Made by a program: the position numbers and the translations under genes
Notes under the pieces: generated by a model
The model's input: only the letters and a program-made list of their open reading frames with translations
Databases searched by the model: none
What the model was told of the DNA's origin: nothing
Shown: piece by piece, positions 8,561-18,801 of the stretch
Layout: each line of letters starts with the position of its first letter
Position numbering within the stretch: the first letter of the stretch is position 1
Assembly: GCA_949287065.1 (NCBI GenBank)
Contig: CASEEV010000015.1
Location: forward strand, 1 to 24,000
Direction of reading: 5' to 3'
Origin: an uncultured Collinsella sp.
Lineage (GTDB): Bacteria > Actinomycetota > Coriobacteriia > Coriobacteriales > Coriobacteriaceae
DNA: 24,000 nucleotides

Positions 8561-8609
8561 GCTCTCTATTCGCTGAGAGGGGGCGGGCGGGTGCAATCGT
8601 GTTTCCGCG

Positions 8610-8615
8610 TATAAT
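8610..8615 (+). promoter_or_regulatory. Candidate -10 element upstream of holA
   Basis: Perfect TATAAT at 8610-8615, about 57 nt upstream of the holA start. No convincing -35. Sequence match only. Confidence 0.3.
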
Positions 8616-8671
8616 GGATCAACGGGTTTCGATGCGTCCTGCGGTGCGCTCTATCAAGGTTGGGAGGGATT

Positions 8672-9631
8672 GTGGCCGGAGCTTCTCTGTTGCCTGCGTA
8701 TCTCGTCGTCGGCAGCGACGAGCTTAAGCGCTCGCATGCGGTGGCTCGCATGAAGAAGCGCCTCGAGGCAAGCGGGTTGGCTGACTTCAATTTGGACGAG
8801 CGCGACATGTCCAAAGAGCAGGCGCCCGAAGACGTGCTCTCGTCGCTGAACACCTTTCCCATGGGGGCCGACTTCAGACTCGTTGTTCTGAGCCCCTGCG
8901 ATCGCCTGCCCAAGGCTATGAGCGAGATGCTCGTCGATTATCTCAAGAACCCGAGCTCAACGACCGTGCTTTTGCTCGTTGCCGAGAAGCTCGCGAAGAA
9001 CACGCGCCTTTACAAAGCGGTGGCCAAGATCGACAAGAAGGCTATTGTGGAGTGCGCCCCCAAGAAGCGCTGGGAGCTGCCCCAGCAGGTGCGCTCCATG
9101 GCAACCGCCCATGGCAAGGCAATCACGCAGGGCGGCGCCGAGGAGCTGGTGAGCCGCGTGGGCGAGTCGACGCGCATGCTCGACAACGAGCTCAAGAAAC
9201 TTGCCAGCATGGTCGACGGAGCCGAGATCACCCAGGCGGATGTCGAGCGCTTTGTCGTCCGCACCGCGGAGCCCCGCCCGTGGGACTTCTTGGATGCGGT
9301 GAGCGCGCGCAATCTTCCCAAGGCGCTGAGCCTGCTGCGCATGATGCCCCAGAAGCAGGAGATCATGCTCTACTCGCTGCTCACGACGCGCATTCGCGAG
9401 CTTATCTGCGCCAAGGCCCTTGATGCGCGCGGGGAGGGTTCGACGCTCGCCCGCACGCTGGGCCTTCAGGGCTGGCAGGTCAAGAATCATCTGAGGTGGG
9501 CCCGCGGCTTCAAGACGTCCGAGCTTCTCTGCGCGCTGGAGAGTGCGGTCGACGTTGAGCTGGCGCTCAAAGGGTCGCAGACGTCCGATGTTGCGCTCAT
9601 TCGATGGGTCGCGCAGATCTGCACGAGATAG
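8672..9631 (+). CDS. holA: DNA polymerase III subunit delta
   Basis: N-terminus AYLVVGSDELK..., length about 320 aa, and the conserved position after comEC and facing rpsT. GTG 8672 is preferred because GGGAGGG-ATT-GTG repeats the SD spacing seen at pyrK and at 14354-14366. TTG 8660 (ORF-track start) is the alternative. Confidence 0.78.
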   Translation: MAGASLLPAYLVVGSDELKRSHAVARMKKRLEASGLADFNLDERDMSKEQAPEDVLSSLNTFPMGADFRLVVLSPCDRLPKAMSEMLVDYLKNPSSTTVLLLVAEKLAKNTRLYKAVAKIDKKAIVECAPKKRWELPQQVRSMATAHGKAITQGGAEELVSRVGESTRMLDNELKKLASMVDGAEITQADVERFVVRTAEPRPWDFLDAVSARNLPKALSLLRMMPQKQEIMLYSLLTTRIRELICAKALDARGEGSTLARTLGLQGWQVKNHLRWARGFKTSELLCALESAVDVELALKGSQTSDVALIRWVAQICTR

Positions 9632-9662
9632 GTCCGCATGAAGCGGCTAGTGCCGGTTTCGA

Positions 9663-9694
9663 TAAAAAAGAAGCGGCCCCGCGCACGGGACCGC
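9663..9694 (-). terminator. Rho-independent terminator of rpsT
   Basis: GCGGCCCCG (9673-9681) pairs with CGGGACCGC (9686-9694), one mismatch, 4-nt loop. On the - strand the stem is followed by TTCTTTTTTA (complement of 9663-9672). Confidence 0.65.
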
Positions 9695-9726
9695 CTGTTC
9701 AAATAAACGCCGTATAGGGCAGAGAG

Positions 9727-9990
9727 TTAGTGAAGCTTGTTGACGAGCTTCTGCACGCCGGCCTTGCGGTTGGCGGCCTGGTTCTTGTGGATGATGCCCT
9801 TGGCAGCAGCCTTGTCGAGCTTGGAGTAAGCGCGACGCGCGGCCTCCTGAGCGCCCTCGAGGTTCTCGGCCTCGACGTTCTCGCGAACGCGCTTCACGAG
9901 CGTCTTGAGCTCGGAGCGGACGGCCTTGTTGCGGATGCGCGCCTTCTCCGCCTGGCGGATGCGCTTCTTCTGAGACTTGATGTTTGCCAC
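9727..9990 (-). CDS. rpsT: 30S ribosomal protein S20
   Basis: 87 aa: [32 protein letters not shown] start at 9990-9988, with AAAGGA upstream on the - strand. Confidence 0.95.
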   Translation of the reverse strand: MANIKSQKKRIRQAEKARIRNKAVRSELKTLVKRVRENVEAENLEGAQEAARRAYSKLDKAAAKGIIHKNQAANRKAGVQKLVNKLH

Positions 9991-10055
9991 TTCAAACGTT
10001 CCTTTCAGAGTCTTCTCTCTGGCCTTTGAGACACGGCGTTGAGATCAACTGCGTA

Positions 10056-10061
10056 AATATA
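10056..10061 (-). promoter_or_regulatory. Candidate -10 element for rpsT
   Basis: TATATT on the - strand (complement of 10056-10061), about 65 nt upstream of the rpsT start. Weak -35. Sequence match only. Confidence 0.3.
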
Positions 10062-10172
10062 GCACGCGGCCTGCGCAAAGAGAAGGGCCAAAGCCGTGTA
10101 GACTGCGTGTTTCTCACGATATGCGCACGAAGCAGCGCATCTGGGGCATTCCCTGCAGCTGGACGTTTACGG

Positions 10173-10178
10173 TATCAT
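10173..10178 (+). promoter_or_regulatory. Candidate -10 element placing the lepA TSS at or next to its ATG (leaderless)
   Basis: TATCAT at 10173-10178, then 6 nt (GGCCAC), then ATG 10185. No SD-like purine run precedes this ATG. Confidence 0.3.
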
Positions 10179-10184
10179 GGCCAC

Positions 10185-11993
<1,809 letters not shown>

Positions 11994-12006
11994 TCCGGAA
12001 GATTCT

Positions 12007-13041
12007 ATGTCAGCTGGTTCTTACGCTCAGCGGCTGCTCGACGCCTTTGCCGAGCAGCCCTTCCTGTTGGCCCCTATGGCGGGCGTGACCGACGCGCCGT
12101 ACCGTCTTATGTGCCGCGAGCATGGGGCCAGGCTCGCCTATTCCGAAATGGTGAGCGTGGCCGGGCTCGCCTACGCGTCCGAGAAGACGTGGGACCTTGT
12201 GCTTCCCGACGAGCGCGAGCCGCAGATCTGCGTTCAGCTCTTCGGGTCCAAGCCCGAGCAGTTCTCTGCCGCGGTGCGCGCCGTTGAGGAGCGCGTGGGT
12301 GACAAGCTCACGCTGATCGACCTCAACATGGCATGCCCGGCGCGCAAGGTCGTTACCAAGGGGGAGGGCTCCGCCCTTATGCGCACGCCCGATCTCGCCG
12401 CAGAGATCGTCTCCGCCTGCGTCTCCGAGGCACATGTTCCCGTTACGGTCAAGATGCGCGTGGGCTACGGGGCTCGCGACCGCAATGCGCCCGAGTTTGC
12501 CGCCCGTATGGCTCAAGCCGGAGCGTCGGCCGTTGCCGTTCACGGACGCACGGCGGGTCAGCTGTACCAGGGAACGGCCGACTGGTCCATTATCGACGAG
12601 GTGGCTTCAGCGGTTTCAGTTCCGGTGATCGGGTCGGGCGATGTGTTCTCGGCAGACGATGCGGTGCGCATGCTTGCCGCAACGGCTGCGAGCGCCGTGT
12701 TCTGCGCGCGCGGCACCTACGGAAACCCCTGGATCTTCGAGGATGCGCTCGAAGCGTTAAGGACCGGCTCGCCCGCGCGCGTGCGCGATTACCGTGATCG
12801 GCTCGCGGCGCTGCGACGCCATCTGGAGCTGCTCGTTGAGGCCGGGGCGCACATGGCCCGTGCGCGCACGTTTGCCGCTTGGTACCTTAAAGGGATACCG
12901 GATGCCGCCGCCTGGCGGCGGCGGTCGGTTGGCTGCTCTACGGCCGACGACTTCATGCATCTCGTTGACGACCTCGATGCGGCGGCTGCCGATTGGTTCG
13001 TCGACCGGGGCAAGGTTGTGACGCGCGGGAACGAGGCATAG
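12007..13041 (+). CDS. dus: tRNA-dihydrouridine synthase (Dus family)
   Basis: LAPMAGVTDAPYRLMCREHGA...ICVQLFGS...IDLNMACPA.KV...GSALM...VTVKMRVG...AVHGRT: FMN-binding TIM-barrel Dus motifs. ATG 12007 with GGAAG upstream. Confidence 0.85.
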   Translation: MSAGSYAQRLLDAFAEQPFLLAPMAGVTDAPYRLMCREHGARLAYSEMVSVAGLAYASEKTWDLVLPDEREPQICVQLFGSKPEQFSAAVRAVEERVGDKLTLIDLNMACPARKVVTKGEGSALMRTPDLAAEIVSACVSEAHVPVTVKMRVGYGARDRNAPEFAARMAQAGASAVAVHGRTAGQLYQGTADWSIIDEVASAVSVPVIGSGDVFSADDAVRMLAATAASAVFCARGTYGNPWIFEDALEALRTGSPARVRDYRDRLAALRRHLELLVEAGAHMARARTFAAWYLKGIPDAAAWRRRSVGCSTADDFMHLVDDLDAAAADWFVDRGKVVTRGNEA

Positions 13042-13071
13042 GCTCCGCTCGCGTTTTACCAGGGAGGACGT

Positions 13072-14277
13072 ATGGCGATCGAGGCTCTGTACGTTCACGT
13101 GCCGTACTGCGTGGCCAAGTGCCGCTACTGCGACTTTGATTCTACCGCATGCCGCTCGGAGGACGAGCTCGACGCCTACGCAGCAAGCATGGCAGCGTGC
13201 GTGGAAGCGTTTGCCCGACGGGGTTCTCTCGCTGCGTGCCGAACCGTTTACTTTGGAGGCGGTACGCCGACGCTTCTGGGGGATCGTCTGCCGAAGCTGG
13301 TCGAGAAGGTCAGGGGTGCAGCCTCAAAGCTTCAGGAGCTCACGTGCGAAGCCAATCCCGAGTCGTTGCCTCGAGAGCTGGCGCATGCGCTTTCTGATGC
13401 CGGTGCCACGAGGATCTCGCTCGGCGTGCAGAGCTTCGATGACGAAGAGCTCGAAGTGCTCGGCCGTATCCATTCCGCCGAACGGGCGCATGCGGCCATC
13501 GAAGCCGCTCGTGCTGCCGGTCTCGACGTGTCAATCGACCTTATGTGCGGCGTTCCGTTGCAGACGCCCGCGAGCTGGCGCGCTACGCTCGAAAATGCCG
13601 TCGCATCGGGCGCAGGCCACATCTCCGTGTACCCGCTGACCGTTGAAGAGGGCACGTTGTTTGATCGGATGTGCGCCTCGGGCGAGCTCGGTGAACCCGA
13701 CGAGGACTTTCAGGCGTGGTGCATGGGCGAGGCGCGGCAGGTCCTCGCTTCCGCTGGTTTTCATCCGTACGAGGTCGCGAGCTATGCGCGGCCGGGCAAG
13801 GAGTGCCGACACAACATCGCGTATTGGACCGGCGTGAGCTATCTGGGGCTTGGCCGCTCGGCGGCAGGCATGTTTGACCGCGACACGTACGATGACCTCA
13901 GAGATCCTCTGGGGCTCGATGCCGTGTCCGCCGAGGTTCGCCGCGTGCGCGTCTGTCAGAAGACCGACGCTCTGCCGCTCGGTGTGCCCGACGACCCCGT
14001 TTACGACTGCGAGCCTCTGACCGAGCGCGAGACGGTGGCGGAGGACCTGATGCTCGGCATGCGCATGACGCGCGGAGTGTCTGCCGAGCTCGTCGATCGT
14101 GCCCGCGCGGTTATCGGTGGAAACGCGGTTGACGCCGCGCTTTCGCACGCTGTCAACGAGGGCCTGGCGCAGTGGATGGGGCAGGACGCACGGAGCGTGC
14201 GATTTTGTCCTACCGAGCGCGGTTGGCTTATGGGCAACGAGCTGTTCGGCATCATGTGGGATCTCGCCTGTTCATAA
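13072..14277 (+). CDS. hemW: Radical SAM HemW/HemN-like protein (heme chaperone / coproporphyrinogen III oxidase family)
   Basis: YVHVPYCVAKCRYCDF (CxxxCxxC), GGGTP, ISLGVQSF...LGR.H, and a HemN_C-like tail. Conserved position downstream of lepA. SD AGGGAGG at 13061-13067. Confidence 0.85.
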   Translation: MAIEALYVHVPYCVAKCRYCDFDSTACRSEDELDAYAASMAACVEAFARRGSLAACRTVYFGGGTPTLLGDRLPKLVEKVRGAASKLQELTCEANPESLPRELAHALSDAGATRISLGVQSFDDEELEVLGRIHSAERAHAAIEAARAAGLDVSIDLMCGVPLQTPASWRATLENAVASGAGHISVYPLTVEEGTLFDRMCASGELGEPDEDFQAWCMGEARQVLASAGFHPYEVASYARPGKECRHNIAYWTGVSYLGLGRSAAGMFDRDTYDDLRDPLGLDAVSAEVRRVRVCQKTDALPLGVPDDPVYDCEPLTERETVAEDLMLGMRMTRGVSAELVDRARAVIGGNAVDAALSHAVNEGLAQWMGQDARSVRFCPTERGWLMGNELFGIMWDLACS

Positions 14278-14363
14278 ACTAATCGTTGTTGTTCTCCTGG
14301 CGCAACGCCGGCCTGTTCTGGGTACGAATCCAGTAGGATCCGTCTTGGATCGGGGGAGGGCTT

Positions 14364-14915
14364 ATGAGCGCGTATCTTGACCTGCTTAAATCCTCGTGGC
14401 GCGTACTCGGGCATCGTGCCCGGCGCAGGATAACCGTTTACTTTGCCATCAATCTCGCGACGAGCATCGCAGCGGTGCTCGTGATTCTCTGGGTGACGTC
14501 AGGGCTTGCCGGGCTTTCCGAGGTTGCGCCTGGATCTGACGCCATGGGTGTTCTGCTAGGGCTTACACTTCTCATTCCTCTTTTGTCGATCGTGGTGATG
14601 CTGGTGCTTGTTGTTTTTGCCTATACGGGGGTCAAGCGCGATTACTTCGAGCGCTGTTTTCCGGGTGAGACGTTCGTAGAACAGAACCACTGGCATCGCA
14701 AAGATGCCTTCATGCTCTACTTCGGACTCGTCTCTGGCGTAGGCTTCATTACCAATTTTCTGGACCTTCTCTGCATTGCTCTCGCGCCGCAGATCTTCAG
14801 TCTGACTGACGCTGTCATTGCGGTTGCATGGATTGTTCTTGCCCTTGTACTTGTTCCCAAATGCTGCAGGCGCTTCTGTGCTCCAGGCCCGCTCGAGAGC
14901 GGCAGCACAACGTAG
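14364..14915 (+). CDS. Hypothetical integral membrane protein (about 4 TM helices), no family recognised
   Basis: 183-aa ORF with a strong SD (GGGAGGG at 14354-14360). It has four hydrophobic stretches and a cysteine-rich tail (PKCCRRFC). Composition and codon choice differ from neighbours, with many T-ending codons. Confidence 0.6.
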   Translation: MSAYLDLLKSSWRVLGHRARRRITVYFAINLATSIAAVLVILWVTSGLAGLSEVAPGSDAMGVLLGLTLLIPLLSIVVMLVLVVFAYTGVKRDYFERCFPGETFVEQNHWHRKDAFMLYFGLVSGVGFITNFLDLLCIALAPQIFSLTDAVIAVAWIVLALVLVPKCCRRFCAPGPLESGSTT

Positions 14916-14958
14916 CGACGCGCTTGCTCGTTTCCAATCCTGCGCAAGATATGTGCAG

Positions 14959-14985
14959 GTCAGAACAAGAGGGCACCCTTCTGAC
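14959..14985. promoter_or_regulatory. Inverted repeat (possible operator) upstream of the DnaJ paralog
   Basis: GTCAGAA (14959-14965), 13 nt, then TTCTGAC (14979-14985). The right arm overlaps the -35 region implied by the TACAAT at 15006-15011. Confidence 0.3.
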
Positions 14986-15005
14986 TGAGGTTCGCGCCCA
15001 TTAGG

Positions 15006-15011
15006 TACAAT
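15006..15011 (+). promoter_or_regulatory. Candidate -10 element for the DnaJ-paralog/dnaJ operon
   Basis: GTACAAT, the same heptamer as upstream of pfk at 21731-21737. It lies 42 nt upstream of ATG 15053, with a TGAC-containing -35-like sequence at 14981-14986. Confidence 0.3.
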
Positions 15012-15052
15012 ACCATCTATCTCTATCGCGAACCAGGAGGGTGCCTTACCTT

Positions 15053-16177
15053 ATGGCAACCATGAACGAGAAGGACTACTACGCCGTTCTGGGCGTGTCC
15101 AAGGACGCGTCTCAGCAGGAGATCCAGAAGGCGTTTCAGCAGAAGGCCCGCAGGCTTCATCCCGACATCAACAAAGCTCCCGACGCCGAGGAGAAGTTCA
15201 AAGAGGTGTCGGAGGCCTACGCCGTTCTCTCCGACAAAGACAAGCGCGCTCGCTACGATGCCATGCGCGCCGGCAACCCCTTTGGCGGCGCTTCGACGCA
15301 GCCCTACGGCGGCGGGTACGCCGGCGGCTACTCCGGGGGTTATTCCGGCGGCTATGATCCCTTCAGCGGGTTTCCGTTCGGCGGAATGGGCGGTTTCTCG
15401 ACCCATCGGCGCCGCAGCCGCGCGGCGTATAACCCCGAGAACGGTGCCGACGTCGTGGTCGAGATCGAGCTCGGCCAAGACGAGGCCAGGTCAGGCGCTC
15501 GCAAGGCGGTGACGTACCGCCACTACGAGCCGTGCGAGCATTGCCACGGCTCGGGCTCGGTTGCGACCGAGCATGCCCGGACGTGCCCTACGTGCGGCGG
15601 CAAGGGAACCATGAACGTCGACATGGCCTCGCTCTTCGGCGCGGGCGTGTTCCAAGTGGTGTGCCCTGAGTGCGGCGGGTCGGGCAAGGTCGTGGCGGAC
15701 CCGTGTCCCGACTGCGGCGGTTCCGGTCGCTCGGCCGTAACCTCCGAGGCCGTGGTGGAGTTCGGGCCGGATACCCATGACGGGGACACGGTGCGCCTCA
15801 AAGGCAAGGGCCATGCGGGCACCAACGGTGCCGCCCCCGGCGACCTCGTCGGTCGCGCCAAGGTTGCCTCGGAGCGGCTCGAGGGCAAGGCTGCCAGCGG
15901 TTTTAACCTGATCGGCTTCATGCTGCCCTTCGTGATCTTCTCGGCGCTCGCCGGCGTGCTGTCGGTGTTCGCCATCATCTGCTTCGTGCCTATGATCGCC
16001 GGCGTCATCATGGTGCTCACGAGCGACGTTTTGCATCGCAGCCCGCTCTGGTGGAAGCGCGGCATGCAGCAGGTCGTGAGCGGCGCTGCCAACGGGGTGT
16101 TTCTCGCCATGGTCATGGTGTGGTTCACCAGCTGCACGCAGCGCGCCTTTTTGGCTCCCTACGGCCGCATGATGTGA
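15053..16177 (+). CDS. Membrane-anchored DnaJ-like co-chaperone (J domain + G/Y-rich linker + zinc finger + CTD I + C-terminal TM helices)
   Basis: J domain DYYAVLGV...LHPDIN...[28 protein letters not shown] linker. Four CxxCxGxG repeats. Hydrophobic C-terminus encoded by about 15902-16131. ATG 15053 is preferred (AGGAGG at 15035-15040); GTG 15041 abuts the SD. Confidence 0.8.
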   Translation: MATMNEKDYYAVLGVSKDASQQEIQKAFQQKARRLHPDINKAPDAEEKFKEVSEAYAVLSDKDKRARYDAMRAGNPFGGASTQPYGGGYAGGYSGGYSGGYDPFSGFPFGGMGGFSTHRRRSRAAYNPENGADVVVEIELGQDEARSGARKAVTYRHYEPCEHCHGSGSVATEHARTCPTCGGKGTMNVDMASLFGAGVFQVVCPECGGSGKVVADPCPDCGGSGRSAVTSEAVVEFGPDTHDGDTVRLKGKGHAGTNGAAPGDLVGRAKVASERLEGKAASGFNLIGFMLPFVIFSALAGVLSVFAIICFVPMIAGVIMVLTSDVLHRSPLWWKRGMQQVVSGAANGVFLAMVMVWFTSCTQRAFLAPYGRMM

Positions 16178-16307
16178 TCGCGCGCCTTTTGTACGCGTTG
16201 CGATCTTTTGCCGGCTGTTCGGACTCGCGTTCATCGTGCGGGGCATAATAACAAGGTTTGGAACGTGCGGTCGCATGCGGCCGTGGCTGTGTTGAGAAGG
16301 GGCCATC

Positions 16308-17459
16308 GTGGCTGACCAGCAAGATTACTACGAGATCCTCGGCGTTGACCGAGACGCCGACCAGCGGACCATCAAGCGCGCCTTTTTGAAGAAAGCGCGC
16401 CAGGTCCACCCCGACGTTTCCGACGACCCGGATGCCGAGGAGAAGTTCAAGCAGGTTAACGAGGCGTACTCCGTGCTGTCCGATGAGCAGAAGCGCGCCA
16501 ACTACGATCGGTACGGCACGGCTGACGGGCCTCAGGGCTTCGGCGGCGGATACGTCGACATCAACGACATTTTCGGCGGCATGGGCATGGACGACATCTT
16601 CTCGTCGTTCTTCGGCGGCGGCATGGGCGGTTCTGCCTCAAGCCGCGGCCGCGCGCGCCGGGCGGGTCGCGACATGGCGATCAGACTCTCGGTCACGCTC
16701 GAGGAGGCGGCGCTCGGCTGCAAGAAGACCCTGAGCTACGACCGCCTCGCCCCGTGCGAGGATTGCGGCGGGCGCGGATGGGGCCATGACGGCGGTGAGG
16801 TCAGCTGCAAGACCTGCCACGGCACGGGCTTCGTGACCACGGTCCAGCGCTCTATCTTCGGCCAGGTCCAGTCCTCCTCCCCGTGCCCCGACTGCCATGG
16901 AGAGGGCACCGTCATCGACCACCCGTGCGAGATGTGCGGCGGTCAGGGCCGCACGCCTTCACACGAGAAGGTCGACGTCGCGATTCCCGCCGGTGTCGAG
17001 ACGGGTTACCGAACCCGTGTGCCGGGATACGGCGAGGCCGGTTTCCGCGGGGCTGCGTCCGGCGACCTCATCGTGTCGGTCGAGGTTGCCGCCCATGATC
17101 GTTTCGAGCGCCTTGGCGACGATCTGCACTGCGGCATCACGGTGTCTATGGCCCAGGCGGCTCTCGGCACGACGGTCGAGGTTGCGGGCATTATGCCCGA
17201 CGAGGTCGTCAAGGTTGTAGTCCCGGCAGGTACTCAGCCCGGTCAAACTGTTTCGGCTTCCGGCTTCGGCATGCCTCGCCAGGGTCGTGGCGGGCGCGGT
17301 GACCTGGTCGCTACGGTCAGCGTCGAGATCCCCCGCAAGCTCACGGGCGAGCAGCGCTCCTGCCTCGAGCGTTATGCGCAGCTCGCGGGCGAGAGCGTGG
17401 CGCGGCGCAAGGGCGTCGGCGAGCGCATCCGCGACGCCATCGACGACATTATGGATTAG
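16308..17459 (+). CDS. dnaJ: Molecular chaperone DnaJ (canonical type I Hsp40)
   Basis: 383 aa. J domain with HPD, G/F-rich region, CEDCGGRG/CKTCHGTG/CPDCHGEG/CEMCGGQG zinc finger, and full CTD I/II plus tail. GTG start at 16308 with GAGAAGGGG upstream. Confidence 0.95.
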   Translation: MADQQDYYEILGVDRDADQRTIKRAFLKKARQVHPDVSDDPDAEEKFKQVNEAYSVLSDEQKRANYDRYGTADGPQGFGGGYVDINDIFGGMGMDDIFSSFFGGGMGGSASSRGRARRAGRDMAIRLSVTLEEAALGCKKTLSYDRLAPCEDCGGRGWGHDGGEVSCKTCHGTGFVTTVQRSIFGQVQSSSPCPDCHGEGTVIDHPCEMCGGQGRTPSHEKVDVAIPAGVETGYRTRVPGYGEAGFRGAASGDLIVSVEVAAHDRFERLGDDLHCGITVSMAQAALGTTVEVAGIMPDEVVKVVVPAGTQPGQTVSASGFGMPRQGRGGRGDLVATVSVEIPRKLTGEQRSCLERYAQLAGESVARRKGVGERIRDAIDDIMD

Positions 17460-17462
17460 CCG

Positions 17463-18770
17463 GTGATGACCAACGAAGGGCGCTTTGTGGCTGCGCCGCG
17501 CGTGAGCGTCGTGAACCTTGGCTGCCGCGTTAATCGCGCCGAGTCCGACCGCATGGTCGAAGAGTTCGTGCGCGCCGGCTTCGACGTGGTTAACGAGGAC
17601 GAAGCCGACCTCGTGGTGATAAACACCTGCGCCGTGACGGGGGAGGCGGAGGCCAAGACGCGCAAGGCGGTTCGCCGCGCGCTCGCCCTCCCGCGCCTGC
17701 CCCATGTCGTGGCCACGGGCTGTGCCGTGAACCTTCATCCCGAGGAGATCGAGGAACTGTCGGATCGGGCGTGCGCCGAGCCGTCCAAGCTCGAGGTTGT
17801 CTCGCGTGCCGCCGCGCTTCTCGGCTACGAGATGGAGGAGCTCCCCTCTTCGGGGGCATCTGATGCTGCCGAGCTTGATCTTACGCACCTGCTGGGGCGG
17901 CACCGCCTTGGCATCAAGGTGCAGGACGGTTGCGACAACAGATGCACGTACTGCATCGTGTGGAAGGCGCGCGGCGCTTCGCGCTCGGTTTCTCCCGAAC
18001 TTGTTCTCGAGCAGGTCCGCGCCGCTTGCGCCGCCGGCGTCAACGAGGTTGTTCTCACGGGCGTGAACCTTGGCCGTTACGACGCTCGCGACGAGCACGA
18101 TGAGCATGTTGAGCTCGACGAGCTGCTCGAACGGGTGCTGGCGGAAACCGATATAGCGCACGTGCGTCTCTCGTCCATCGAGCCACCCGAGGTTACCGAC
18201 CGTCTTCTCGAGGTCGTGCGCGCCTCCTGTGGCCGCGTTGCCCCGTTCTTCCACCTGCCGCTGCAGTCGGGCTGCGATGCGACGCTCGCGCGCATGGGGC
18301 GCCTCTACGATACCGAGGGCTATGCGCGCGTTGTCGAGCGCATTCGAAGCGCGGTTCCTGCGGCCGCGATTTCGTGCGACGTGATCGCCGGGTTCCCTGG
18401 GGAGACGGACGAGGAGTTTGCGCAGAGCCTCGCGTTCTGCGAGCGCATCGGTTTTGCGCGCATGCACGTCTTTCGCTACAGTCCGCGACCGGGTACGTGG
18501 GCTGCCACCGCTCCCGACCAGGTGCCCCCCGAGGTCAAGGCCGCGCGCTCCGCAAGGCTCCGCGAAGCAGCTCAAAGGCTTGCCAAGCAGGATGCGTCGT
18601 CGCGCGTGGGAACCGTCGAGTACGCCGTTATGGAGGCGCCTCACGAGGGCACGCTCGCGTGCTTCCATCGCGTGATCGTTTCTGACGCCGACCTGGCGCT
18701 CGGCTCGCTCGTTCCAGTTGCTATTATGGAATGCGACGAACATGGCGTTTTGCACGGCCGCGTTGCATAA
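17463..18770 (+). CDS. mtaB: MiaB-like radical SAM tRNA methylthiotransferase, probably MtaB
   Basis: N-terminal UPF0004 domain (NLGCRVNRAESD, INTCAVT) and radical SAM motif CDNRCTYCIV. The position downstream of dnaJ matches Bacillus yqeV/mtaB. The start is GTG 17463 or the adjacent ATG 17466. Confidence 0.75.
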   Translation: MMTNEGRFVAAPRVSVVNLGCRVNRAESDRMVEEFVRAGFDVVNEDEADLVVINTCAVTGEAEAKTRKAVRRALALPRLPHVVATGCAVNLHPEEIEELSDRACAEPSKLEVVSRAAALLGYEMEELPSSGASDAAELDLTHLLGRHRLGIKVQDGCDNRCTYCIVWKARGASRSVSPELVLEQVRAACAAGVNEVVLTGVNLGRYDARDEHDEHVELDELLERVLAETDIAHVRLSSIEPPEVTDRLLEVVRASCGRVAPFFHLPLQSGCDATLARMGRLYDTEGYARVVERIRSAVPAAAISCDVIAGFPGETDEEFAQSLAFCERIGFARMHVFRYSPRPGTWAATAPDQVPPEVKAARSARLREAAQRLAKQDASSRVGTVEYAVMEAPHEGTLACFHRVIVSDADLALGSLVPVAIMECDEHGVLHGRVA

Positions 18771-18801
18771 CCTCTGCGGCAGAGTGCATGAGAGGGGTTG
18801 C

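Noticed and set aside
9984-10184. N-terminal extensions offered by the ORF track: lepA from 9984, pyrD from 716, dus from 11947, phoH from 18718, era from 20710, pfk from 21756, usp from 23549, comEA from 5428.
   Set aside because: The extensions overlap upstream genes or lack an SD. In each case an internal start preceded by a GGAGG-type SD, or for lepA the conserved family N-terminus, gives the expected protein length.
14970-15047. Possible RNA-thermometer-like anti-SD pairing. AGGGCACCCT (14970-14979) is complementary, with one G-U, to AGGGTGCCTT (15038-15047), which overlaps the SD of the DnaJ paralog.
   Set aside because: The best promoter candidate (TACAAT at 15006-15011) would start transcription downstream of the 5' partner, so the pairing would exist only in read-through transcripts. 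A 10-nt complementarity 58 nt apart in GC-rich DNA is weak evidence on its own.
14916-16307. Search for CIRCE (TTAGCACTC-N9-GAGTGCTAA) or HAIR (CTTGAGT-N7-ACTCAAG) operators upstream of the two dnaJ genes.
   Set aside because: Neither spacer (14916-15052, 16178-16307) contains a sequence resembling either consensus.
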